Under the pieces are notes generated by a model that was not told where the DNA came from, made no database searches, and saw nothing but the letters and a program-made list of their open reading frames with translations. DNA of 64,000 bases from an uncultured Actinomycetes bacterium (lineage in GTDB: Bacteria; Actinomycetota; Acidimicrobiia; IMCC26256; DASPTH01). The position numbers and the translations under genes are program-made. Positions 52,513 to 61,666 of the stretch are shown here, one piece after another. Within the stretch, counting starts at the first letter, position 1; the number at the start of each line of letters is the position of its first letter. The stretch is from positions 398,409-462,408 of the forward strand of contig CAWELN010000006.1 in the NCBI GenBank assembly GCA_963809795.1, given 5' to 3'.

Positions 52513-53424
52513 ATGAGCCAGGTCCAATCTTCCACCGAACCCGGTTGGCGGCCCGATCCCTCCGGCCGCTTCGAATGGCGCTACTGGGACGGCGGCTGGA
52601 CCAACCGCGTCGCCAACAGCGTGCCGGCGCCGACGGGTGCGCCCGCACCGAGCCCGGAGCCCGCGCCGGTCACCCCGGCCCCGATCGCGCCGCAGCCCCA
52701 GGCACCCCATTCGGTGCTCCCGACCCCCACCGCGATCCCCGCGCCGGAGCCGACCCCGGAGCCGGTCGACGCGACCGCGACCGCCGCGCTCGACCCGCGC
52801 CCGTCGCGCGACACCGTCGCCCGCGCGCCGTTCGGCGCCGACACCGACGACCCTCCCCCGAGTGACCCCCCGGTGCGCGGGACCCGCCGCACCCCGTGGC
52901 GGGTCATGGCCGACTTCGTGCGGTCCTTCGCCGACCAGCCCGAGTCCTACCACTCCGACCTCGCACGCGAGCCGCTGCCCGACGACGGCCGCGGCGGCCA
53001 CATCCTCTCCGCCGCGCCCGGGAACTACGGCCACGCGGCCCTGGTCGCCGTCGCCGCGTGTGGCGTCGTGATCGGGGCGTACCTGCCCTGGATCTCCGGC
53101 ACCATCGGGATCGCCAATTTCGGACGGTCCGGCTTCGACCAGGGCCTCGGCGCCGGCTACACGATCGGGGCCATCTCCCTGGCGGTCAGCGCCCTGCTGT
53201 CGGTCCGGATGCGGGTCTTCCGTTGGCTGACGGTCGTGTTGTCGTTCGTGATCGCCGGCTTCGTCGTCCGTGACCTGCTCAACAGCTACGACGCCATGCA
53301 GACGATGAACGCGGCCCGGTCGGTCGACGCCAACGTCGGCATGGGCCTCTGGATCATGGTCGTCTCGGCCGCGATCGCGATGATCGCCTCGGTCCGCCTC
53401 AGCGAGGATCAGAAAATCGATTGA
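52513..53424 (+). CDS. DUF2510-domain Pro-rich membrane protein
   Basis: PGWRPDPSG..EWRYWDG.WT, Pro-rich linker, four TM helices. Confidence 0.8.
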   Translation: MSQVQSSTEPGWRPDPSGRFEWRYWDGGWTNRVANSVPAPTGAPAPSPEPAPVTPAPIAPQPQAPHSVLPTPTAIPAPEPTPEPVDATATAALDPRPSRDTVARAPFGADTDDPPPSDPPVRGTRRTPWRVMADFVRSFADQPESYHSDLAREPLPDDGRGGHILSAAPGNYGHAALVAVAACGVVIGAYLPWISGTIGIANFGRSGFDQGLGAGYTIGAISLAVSALLSVRMRVFRWLTVVLSFVIAGFVVRDLLNSYDAMQTMNAARSVDANVGMGLWIMVVSAAIAMIASVRLSEDQKID

Positions 53425-53450
53425 CGCGCGCTAGCCTGAGGTGCTTGCCT
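53412..53450 (+). promoter_or_regulatory. WhiB7-type promoter: GAAAAT-N3-TTGACG (-35)
   Basis: An A-tract 3 bp upstream of a TTG -35 box is the known WhiB7 AT-hook site arrangement; -10 uncertain. Confidence 0.6.
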
Positions 53451-53509
53451 GGTGCGGCAACCCACCAGGGCGACGCCCAGACACCCGCAACGCCGACGAG
53501 GACCTACCC

Positions 53510-53689
53510 ATGAGCGACACGACGACGACGCAGCGATACGGCACGGCAGCCGCCGCCGTCGCGCGCGTCCGGTACGCCCACGTCGCCATGAACGACCTCA
53601 TGGGCTCGGGCTCGTGGTCGATTCCGTGCACCGTGCCGGAGACCTTCCACAAGCCCCGGCCCCGTCGGCCCCAGGTGATCTCCTCGTAA
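53510..53689 (+). CDS. whiB7 leader peptide (uORF, 59 aa)
   Basis: GAGGA RBS, ATG; stop 22 nt before the terminator; overlaps the antiterminator arm. Confidence 0.7.
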   Translation: MSDTTTTQRYGTAAAAVARVRYAHVAMNDLMGSGSWSIPCTVPETFHKPRPRRPQVISS

Positions 53690-53711
53690 CCACGGGAGAC
53701 GATTCCTCACC

Positions 53712-53742
53712 AGGCCGCCGGGGCACCCCCGGCGGCCTTTTT
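53712..53742 (+). terminator. Intrinsic terminator (attenuator) AGGCCGCCGGGG-CAC-CCCCGGCGGCCT-TTTT
   Basis: Perfect 12-bp stem plus U-tract between the uORF and whiB7. Confidence 0.9.
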
Positions 53743-53881
53743 CGCGTTCCGGGCCGGATCCGGGCACCCGACAGCCCCGTACCACCCGCACGACCCGCAC
53801 CACCGCACCGACCGCACGACCGCACCACGTACCACCCGCACCACCGAGCGACGAAGCGCACGACGAGACAGGGGACCGGCA

Positions 53882-54230
53882 ATGTTCGCACTCGAGTACA
53901 CCGCAGTCATCGAAGACGAACCCTGGCGGGTCGACGCCGCGCTGCGCCGACACGACCAGCGCGTTCGTGGATCTGTTCTTCTCGGAGCAGCTCGACGACA
54001 TCCTGCGGGCCAAGGCGTTCTGCGTCGAGTGCCCGGTCAAGGACGAGTGCCTGGCGTCCGCGATCGAGCGGCGGGAGCCGTGGGGTGTGTGGGGTGGCGA
54101 GCTCTTCGCCAACGGCAAGGTGCTCGCCAACAAGCGGCGCCGGGGCCGGCCGCCGAAGGTGCGGCCGCCCGAGCCGGTGCTCGAGGAGCTGATCCCGCGG
54201 TACGACCCGCAGGTCCGCGAGAGCGCCTGA
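53882..54230 (+). CDS. whiB7: WhiB7/WblC-type transcriptional activator; extra base at ~53940
   Basis: Corrected frame gives Cys1, LFFS, CVECPV...C, GVWGGE and the AT-hook RRRGRPPK. Confidence 0.82.
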
Positions 54231-54353
54231 TCCCACGGGCACCAGATCACCGCGAAGGCGGGTCGGGGCGACGAGCCGGGGTACACCTCCCCCCGGTACC
54301 CCTGCGAGCCCCGACCCGCCGCGGTCAACTGGTCCGCTACCGTTTCCCGCCGC

Positions 54354-54430
54354 GGGCGTTTAGCTCAGTTGGCGAGAGCGCCGCCCTTACAAGGCGGAGG
54401 TCGGGGGTTCGAGACCCTCAACGCCCACCA
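54354..54430 (+). tRNA. tRNA-Val (TAC) with encoded CCA
   Basis: GGGCGTT/AACGCCC acceptor, CCGCC-CTTACAA-GGCGG anticodon arm. Confidence 0.95.
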
Positions 54431-54488
54431 CATCACCGCAGGTCAGCGGCCATTTCCCCTTCACCTTGGGAACGAGCCTCCGGTTTCC

Positions 54489-54508
54489 GTCCATCATTCT
54501 GTCCATCA
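54489..54508. repeat. GTCCATCA x2 (12-bp period), probable integrase arm-type sites
   Basis: Direct repeat between the tRNA 3' end and the integrase start. Confidence 0.55.
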
Positions 54509-54529
54509 ACTTGGCTAGGCTGCCAATCG

Positions 54530-55653
54530 ATGGGATCGCTGAGGCAGCGCAGCGAAGGCGTCTGGCAGGCCCGCGTCTACGCGGGGCTCGACCCGTTGTC
54601 CGGGAAGCGCCGGTATGCCGCACGGACGATCCATGCCCGGAATGAGAAGGAGGCAGCCCGCGAGCTGCGCAAGCTGGAGAAGTCCGTGGCCGCCGGCAGG
54701 CACCCGAGGGGTACGACGGCGATCACGTTCGGTGACCAGCTGCGGGACTATCTGGAGATGAAGCTCTCGAGGCTCAGCCCTGGGTCTCGACCTTCGTACC
54801 GGGCGGCAGTGGAGATCGGCGCAAAGCCGCTCCACGACGTGCCACTCGGCAAGCTCACCGCTCGGGACCTTGACAGCTTGTATGCATCCCTGGAGGCCGA
54901 GGGGAAGGCGAGCGCGACCATTCGGCGGGTCCACAACGTCATCTCTGCTGCACTCGCCCAGGCGGTCCGCCACGGGCTGCTGACTGGTCAACGTGGCGAA
55001 GGACGCCGACCCGCCGCCCGTCCGCACCAAGCCGACGCGCCCGCCGACCAGCGATGAACTGGCGAAGCTCATCAACTCGACCGACGACGACTTCAGGGCG
55101 TTTCTGATTGTCGCCGCGACGACAGGTGCGAGACGTGGGGAGCTGGGCGCGTTGCGCTGGCGGAACATCGACCTCGACGGCGGGACCTTGACCATCTCGG
55201 CGTCGCTGTCCGTCGATGGCACCGAGAAGGACACCAAGACGCACCAAGCCCGCGCTCATCGCTCTCGACCCGCAGACCGTCGATGTGCTGCGGGACCACT
55301 ACAAGCGGGCAAGCGAGCTTTCCGAAGCGTGCGGGTCGCCACTCAACGGCGACCGCTTCGTGTTCTCGCCACGTCCTGGCAGCGATCGGCCGTGGACCCT
55401 GAAGGCACTCACCCGCAAGTTCATCAGGCTCTGCGAGACGACGAACATCAGAGGCGTGCGCCTGCATGACCTCCGGCACTTCAGCGGGAGCCAGCTGATC
55501 GCCGCTGGTGTCGACGTGCTCACGGTGAGTCGCCGCCTCGGTCACGCGAGGCCGAGCATCACAACGGATGTCTACGGCCACAAGGTGCAGGAACACGACC
55601 GCACCGCGGCCGCCGTCATCGGTGAACTCGTGTCGGTCGCCGTCGCTGAGTGA
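54530..55653 (+). CDS. Tyrosine recombinase/integrase with two frameshifts (~54985, ~55240)
   Basis: Arm-binding N-terminus (GSLRQR..W), TGARRGEL, HDLRH, LGH, DVY. Confidence 0.85.
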
Positions 55654-55660
55654 CCGCAAG

Positions 55661-55810
55661 CTCGTCACGGCCGGCGTCGACATCCGCACGTGTCGCCGCG
55701 GCTCGGGCACTCGTGGCCGTCGACCTCGCTTGACATCTACACGAACACCGCAGTGCAGGGCAAGGACAGCGCCGCGGCTGAGGACCTCGGGCAGCTCATC
55801 AAGCCGCGCG
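55661..55810 (+). pseudogene. C-terminal remnant of a second integrase
   Basis: LVTAGVDIRT / RLGHSWPSTSLDIYT...DSAAA parallels the preceding integrase C-terminus. Confidence 0.65.
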
Positions 55811-56482
55811 ACGAACGGCGCGAGCTGAGCTCATCCACCTTCGGCGAGGAACCGCTCGAGCGCATGGCGCGGGACGAACACGCGGCCGCGTGGAGTGAGG
55901 CGCACGGACGGGACGAAGCCGGCTTCGATGGCGCGGTACATCGTGCGCGTGCTGACGCCGGCCAATGCTGCAGCTTCGGGCACTGTGAGCGCGAGCGGGG
56001 GAGCGATGCCAGTACGGTGCGAAGTCGAGGTTCAGCTGCGAGTCTGTTGAGCGGGGCATGGCGCGCTCCCGTGTCGGCTGCTTTGCGGGCTTCAGCACGT
56101 TCCAAGGGCCGGACCACCCCGAGCCGACCGTCGGGCCTGAGCCGTGGTCTCCTGGCCCGACGCCTCGGCACCGACGCCGCGACGCCGACCGAAGCCATCA
56201 TCGCCGAGCAGATCCACGACACTCAATGACGAGGTCGTCTCGCGTCACTCTCCGCGACGGCGCTAAGCCGACGTGGCCCATGATCTGCCCGAGACACGCT
56301 TCTCGCCTCCGCAGGCGGAGGCGCGGGCGTGAGCATCTGGACGCGACACGGGTGGCATTGCAGTGTTCCTGGGACGACCTCAAAGGGCGACGGTCACGCG
56401 TCGATGTGCCGGAACGGACCTGCTGCTTCGAGGAACTCGGCACTGCGCCGCGCGTTGACGTCGACGCGGGCCTCTTGCGATC

Positions 56483-56937
56483 CGGGAGTGATCCGATTCG
56501 TGTGGACGTGGGCCGGGAGTCAGCCGTCACGTGCGCGGGACTGATCCGGCGCGATTCGGGAGTGGTCCGGGAGGATCGCGGATGCGAGGGCGCTCGACGG
56601 GAGTCATCCGTGGGGCGCACGGGAGCTATCGGCGGGGTCGTCGGGAGTCATCGGGCGCGATCCGGGAGTGATCCCGCCTGCCTGGACGGTCGCCGGGAGC
56701 GATCCCGCCCGTGTGGACGGTCGCCAGAAGCGAGCCGTGGGCAGGCCGAGAGTGATCGGGCGGAATCCGTGAGGGTTGCATGCGTGTGCATGACCGTCGG
56801 CGTGATCGGCCAGCGTCGCGGGAGCGATCGCTGCGATGCAGACCGTATTCGGCCCGAGAAGAAGACCTGCCCGCGATCGCGCGCGTCCGTGGGAAACGTT
56901 CGACTGACAACTCCCGCTCGACTCGCGATGACTCCCG
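56483..56937. repeat. Helically phased array of CGGGAGTSAT-like decamers (about 15 direct and 2 inverted copies)
   Basis: Copies start at 56483, 56514, 56536, 56557, 56568, 56598, 56620, 56642, 56663, 56694, 56725, 56747, 56819 (some degenerate); inverted copies at 56907 and 56928. Confidence 0.8.
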
Positions 56938-56938
56938 C

Positions 56939-56962
56939 CTAGGGCCCGCTTGCGGGCCCTAG
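56939..56962. repeat. Perfect 11-bp inverted repeat CTAGGGCCCGC-TT-GCGGGCCCTAG
   Basis: Read directly; no U-tract. Confidence 0.85.
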
Positions 56963-57098
56963 ATCCCTGAAGGAGTGGGGTTGTGTCAAGCGTGGAATCG
57001 GTCGTTGTGCGCGCTTCGAGCCGCAGGCGCGTGTGATCGGTCGCGGGTCGGGGATAGCTCCCGGATGTTGGTCCTCGCACCTGCTTTGCGGGTGTGAG

Positions 57099-57380
57099 AA
57101 GTGTGTCTACGTTTTGATCGTGGTCGTTGACGCGGGTGGAGGCGTCGACGCGGGTGACGCGGGACCGCGTGCCGGGGTCGTCGCGGTCAGGGTCGGTGGC
57201 GTCGTCGCGGGTGTCTCGGTGGTGTCGCGGGAGTTGGCTCCATGGTCACGTTGGGGCAGGGCAGGCTCGAACTTGGCTGCCGTACATCCCTTCGCCACAC
57301 GAACTCGCCGAACGAACACGGTGGCGTGGAGCCGTTTCGGCCTCAGCAGGCGGGCTCAATCAAGTGTCCGGCCGCGCCAC
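57099..57380 (-). repeat. IS110 right-end / putative bridge-RNA region, copy A
   Basis: Diverged direct repeat of 58552-58829. Confidence 0.8.
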
Positions 57381-58459
57381 AGGGTGTGGGGGCCATCTAA
57401 GGCCCGAGCGCGCGCCGTGCTGAGAACCAAGCCCCTCACGCCACCTCCGCGGGATGTGTCGGCGAGGCAGCGGATGTGCCCGTCGCGCAGCCCGTAGTAG
57501 ACGAGCGTGAGGACCTTGCGCGCCGCGGCGACGCGAGCGATGGGCCGGCCGCGGCGTTCGGCGATGCGGTGGAAGTCGGCCATGATCTTCGTCGGGCCAC
57601 GTTGGCGCGCGACCGCCTCGACTGCAGCCCAACGCACGAGTGGTGAGCCTTGCTTGGTGATGTGCCCGCGCCGCACCGTCGTGTCCGACTCATGGTGACG
57701 AGGGGTGAGCCCGGCCCACGAACACAACTGCGGTGCTCCGGCGAAGCGGGTGACGTCACCGAGTTCGGCGACGAACACGCCGGCGAGGATCCGCCCGACT
57801 CCATGGATGGTCTGGACGGCTTCGTAGCCGGCATGGCCACGCAGCGCCTGGTGGGTGTCGCGTTCGAAGGTGTCGATCTCACGGTCATAGACCGCGAGCA
57901 GCGTGCGCAGCGATCGGACCCGCTGGTCATACGCGGGAGCGAGCTCGAGCTCGTCGAGGAGCCGGGTGCCGCGCACCCCGAACAGGTCGCTCATCGGGAC
58001 GGTCACGCCCTCCTTGGCGAGGATCGCGTGCACCTGGCAACGCAGCCCGGTCCGCAACGCGACGAGCTTGGCGCGATGACGCACCAGCTCTCGGAGCTCC
58101 CGCGTCGCCGGCGGTGCGATCCACGCTTCGGGCAGGCGTCCCATCCGCAACAGGTCCGCGAGGTGCGCGGCGTCGCGACGGTCGTTCTTGACCCGCTGAT
58201 GCTGATACATCCGCACACCCAACGAGTGCGCGAGGCGGACGTTCGCGCCGGCGTCTTGGAGAGCGTCGACGAGCCAATACCAGCCATAGGTGGCTTCGAC
58301 CGCGACCTCCGGATCCGGGCCCGCCTTCGCGACCTCGAGCGCGATCGCGATCGGATCGTTGTCCAGGTTCACCGCACTGACGACTTCGCCGGCTTCGTCC
58401 ATCCGCACGATCGTGCTGCGACGACGATGCAGATCGATCCCGACGTACTGTCGCTCCAT
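57356..58459 (-). CDS. IS110-family recombinase (true stop possibly at 57436)
   Basis: YVGIDLH, VEAT, KNDRRDA (DEDD), GVG, AGLTP...ESD, AARK; GAGGAGG RBS. Confidence 0.92.
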   Translation of the reverse strand: MERQYVGIDLHRRRSTIVRMDEAGEVVSAVNLDNDPIAIALEVAKAGPDPEVAVEATYGWYWLVDALQDAGANVRLAHSLGVRMYQHQRVKNDRRDAAHLADLLRMGRLPEAWIAPPATRELRELVRHRAKLVALRTGLRCQVHAILAKEGVTVPMSDLFGVRGTRLLDELELAPAYDQRVRSLRTLLAVYDREIDTFERDTHQALRGHAGYEAVQTIHGVGRILAGVFVAELGDVTRFAGAPQLCSWAGLTPRHHESDTTVRRGHITKQGSPLVRWAAVEAVARQRGPTKIMADFHRIAERRGRPIARVAAARKVLTLVYYGLRDGHIRCLADTSRGGGVRGLVLSTARARALDGPHTLWRGRTLD

Positions 58460-58551
58460 AGGGGCCTCCTCAAACTTGTGAGCAGATACGAACACGAGTG
58501 GCGTACCACCCGAGCTCGCAGGGAGCGGAGGCCCCGCTCCTTCATGGCATC

Positions 58552-58829
58552 AAGTGTGTCTACGTTTTGATCGTGCTCGTTGACGGGGGTGGAGGCGTCG
58601 ACGCGGGTGACGCGGGACCGCGTGCCGGGGTCGTCGCGGTCAGCGTCGGTGGCGTCGTCACGGGGTGTCTCGGGTGGTGTCGCGGGAATCGGATCCATGG
58701 CTGTGTTGGGCAGGGCAGGCTCGACTTGGCTGTCGTGCATCCCTTGGCCACACGAGCTCGACAACCTCGGTGGCGTGGAGCCGTTTCGGCCTCAGCAGGC
58801 GCGCTCAATCAAGCTTTCGGCCGCGCCAC
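58552..58829 (-). repeat. Orphan IS110 right-end / putative bridge-RNA region, copy B
   Basis: Diverged copy abutting the left end of the element. Confidence 0.8.
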
Positions 58830-58916
58830 GCCCCCAATAGCGCCGGGTCAGCGACACGGTTTTCTGCGCACGCGTTCTGTAGTTCCGAAGATTCAGAACT
58901 GCGCGAGGCTTCAGCC

Positions 58917-59707
58917 ATGTCTCGGATGCCACGCTCAGAGGAGCTCTTCGCCTTCGAGATCCTTCGCCGCGTCCTTGGCGCCGACGTCACACTCCACGAC
59001 GACGGGTCGAAGCGAGCGATGGTTGACGGCCTGCTCACGATGCCCGACGGGACCCTCGGCGCGGTCGAGGTGACCACGCTCGGCACGCAGGACGCGCTCG
59101 AACTCATCAGTCTCCTCGCCGGCCGGACCTGGCACGTCGAAGGCGCCCGGTGGGCGTGGCACGTCTGGCTCCCGCAACCGTGAGCGTGCGCACCTTCGAG
59201 GAGTATCTCCCGCCGATCGTGCTCGCATGCGAAGCCGCAGGCGTCACCGAAGCCGTGTACCTCCACCGGACCGCGACCATCAATCCCGCGATCCTCTGGT
59301 GCCTCGAGAACGACGTAAGACTCCACGGCTTCGAAACTGCCTCGACGGCACCGGGCACGGTATGGGTCATCCCGAATGGTGGAGGCGGCGGTGCAGTCGA
59401 CGACGAGCTCACCGGCCTCGTCACCTGGCTGCACGAAGAGTTCGACCGCGAACCCTTCCGGCGATCCGTCGCAAAGCTCGAAGCGACCGGCCGTACCGAG
59501 CGCCACCTGTTTGTGCGGCTCCACGACTCCGGTCTGCCGCCAGAGCTCGTCGTCTCGATGACCTTCGAACGCATTCCGGTCGAGCCGCTCGACCCGCCAG
59601 GCGGACTCACCGGCCTCTGGCTCGCGTCGCAGCGGAAGCTGCCGATCCTGTGGTGGGACGCGCGCCTCGGCTGGCGACGCGACGAGTACGACCAAGACAC
59701 GGCGTAG
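58917..59707 (+). CDS. Hypothetical protein, possibly restriction-endonuclease-like; frameshift at ~59172
   Basis: MVDGLL...GAVEVTT; one missing base joins ORFs 58665-59183 and 59150-59707. Confidence 0.5.
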
Positions 59708-59829
59708 CCGCCAGTGCCACTCGGTCCGTTGTTCGCTTGCCGTTTGGCTGCGGCCATGTCTCACTTCCGATTCTGTTCTGTTATCGGAAGCTGACACTCT
59801 CCACGAGAGCGCCTCAGATACAGATCGGC

Positions 59830-60075
59830 AGGGATGATGCTCGTGCGGTCGCGTCTTGTGGCTGCGAGCATGCGGCGGGGTTCGTCTCGTGTTGGTCTGA
59901 CCGCCAGATCGGCTCGACCCTTCGGGTGTCCTTGAACTGACCTGTCGACCGGGCGAGACGAGCTTCGTCGTGTGGCACAACCGGTCGGGTGAACGTGACC
60001 GAAGAGGCGCCTGAGCTACCAGGCCTGCTCCCTGTCTTGTCCACCCTCCCGGCCGTGCGTGCCACCCCGCCAACC
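59830..60075 (+). ncRNA. Putative bridge RNA in the IS110 left end
   Basis: 5' hairpin plus two large stem-loops; AAGAGGCGCCT (60002-60012) equals the reconstituted donor junction; GAACTGA (59934-59940) is complementary to the right flank; boundaries approximate. Confidence 0.65.
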
Positions 60076-60092
60076 AGACGAAGGAGGGTGGC

Positions 60093-61177
60093 ATGTCCAC
60101 CATCGCAGACGACGACTGGCGTGTCATCGCCGGTGTCGACACGCACAAGGACTCCCATGTCGTGGTCGTCCTCGACGAGCTGGGCCGCAAGCTCGACACC
60201 GCAACGTTCTCGACCATAACACGCGGCTATCGCGACCTGACCGGCTGGATCACCAGCTTCGGTGAAGTCCTCGTAGTCGGTGTCGAAGGCACCGCGTCAT
60301 GGGGCGCCGGACTGTGTCGACACCTACGCGCTCGAGGCTTGAACGTGATCGAAGTGAACCAGCCGGATCGGCATCGCCGCCGCCGGGGCGGGAAGTCCGA
60401 TCGGATCGACGCCGCGATGGCGGCACGAGCAGTGCTCGCGGGAGACGCGACCGCGGTCCCCAAAGCTGGCGACGGACCCGTCGAAGCACTGCGCCAGCTC
60501 CGCCTTGCCCGCACAGGCGCGATGAAGGCCCGCACCGCGGCCGCGAACCAACTCCACAGCGTGTGCGACACCGCACCCGACCACCTCCGAGCGCAGCTAC
60601 GCGGGTTGACGACTCGACGAAGGTTGCGGTTGCGTCTCGTTACCGGCCCGGCGATCCGCTGACACCGACCGGCGGTGCCAAGCGCGCTCTGGTGAGCGTC
60701 GCTCGACGTTGGAGCTCACTCGATGCCGAGATCCGCGAACTCGACCAAGCCATCAAAGCGATCCTCGACACGATCGCCGCACCCCTGCTCGCTCGTCACG
60801 GTGTCGGCTACGAAACCGCTGGCGCGCTGTTGTGCACTGCGGGCGACAACCCCGAACGACTCGCGACCGAAGCGAGCTTCGCATCGCTGTGTGGCACCGC
60901 ACCCCTTCCCATCTCCACCGGCAACTCGAACCGACGACGACTCAACCGAGCTGGCGACCGCAACGCCAACTCCGCGCTCTGGACCATCGTCATGGTCCGA
61001 CTCCGCAGCAAGCACGCACCCACCGTCGCCTACCTCGAACGACGCGTCGCGGAAGGCCACTCGAAACGAGACGCGATCCGCTGCCTCAAACGCTTCGTCG
61101 CACGCGAGGTCTACCTCGACATCCAAGCCATGACCGCGTCACACACACCACGACCAGCCCTCGACATCGCTGCTTGA
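60093..61177 (+). CDS. IS110-family recombinase; frameshift at ~60620
   Basis: GVDTHKD, VEGT, GKSDRIDA, GVG, STG, RLNRAGDR, RCLKR; AAGGAGG RBS. Confidence 0.9.
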
Positions 61178-61208
61178 CACCAAGAGGCGCATTCAGTTCT
61201 GGCGTGGT

Positions 61209-61613
61209 TCAGGATGGCGTGAGGCTGTCGACCGATTCGCCTGACAGCATCTTCCCGACGAGCGCGGTGTCGAAATAGTCGTACCAGGCAGTGATCTTCT
61301 CGTTCTGGATTTCGAACCGTCCCATCACAGGCACGGGCGCCGCCGGAACCCCACCGCCGACGCCGACGCGGTCGATGCGTTCCGTCAGCACCACCGACCC
61401 GGACACGGCGAGGTTGACCATGTCGAACTCGTAGGCCTCGGGAAACATGGTCCACTGCCCGGCGACGTTCTCGATCACCGCTTCAATACCACGGGACGCT
61501 TCCATCCCGACGTTCTGGTAGATCGCGTCATCGGCCAGGAGAGGCCGCAGGACACCCTCGTCGCGCTTCGACACGGCTGCGCAAAATTCGCGGACGACTT
61601 CTTCGGGCGTCAT
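61209..61613 (-). CDS. Limonene-1,2-epoxide hydrolase family (NTF2-like)
   Basis: YQNV, VLTERID, PVMG.FE, W.DYFD. Confidence 0.88.
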   Translation of the reverse strand: MTPEEVVREFCAAVSKRDEGVLRPLLADDAIYQNVGMEASRGIEAVIENVAGQWTMFPEAYEFDMVNLAVSGSVVLTERIDRVGVGGGVPAAPVPVMGRFEIQNEKITAWYDYFDTALVGKMLSGESVDSLTPS

Positions 61614-61626
61614 GGCGCTCCTCCCT

Positions 61627-61666
61627 CACATACAGGTTGTATGTGCGTAACCTACAGGATGTATGT
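61627..61666. promoter_or_regulatory. Two TetR operators: CACATACA-GGT-TGTATGTG and ACCTACA-GGA-TGTATGT
   Basis: Palindromes in the 49-bp divergent intergenic region; the second overlaps the TetR ATG. Confidence 0.8.

Larger units (their letters stand above)
57099..58551 (-). mobile_element. IS110-family element with short 5' end and long 3' non-coding end (IS1111-like layout)
   Basis: Transposase plus ~90-bp left end and ~340-bp structured right end. Confidence 0.8.
59809..61190 (+). mobile_element. IS110 element with long left end; GCGC core at both junctions
   Basis: GCGC at 59809-59812 and 61187-61190; outward TTGACA at 61174-61179. Confidence 0.82.

Noticed and set aside
55810-56480. 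ORFs between the integrase remnant and the decamer array
   Set aside because: No recognisable motifs or consistent codon bias; likely decayed island DNA
56483-56937. Possible CRISPR array
   Set aside because: Repeats are only ~10 bp and degenerate, spacers are 1-21 bp and partly repeated, and no cas operon is present
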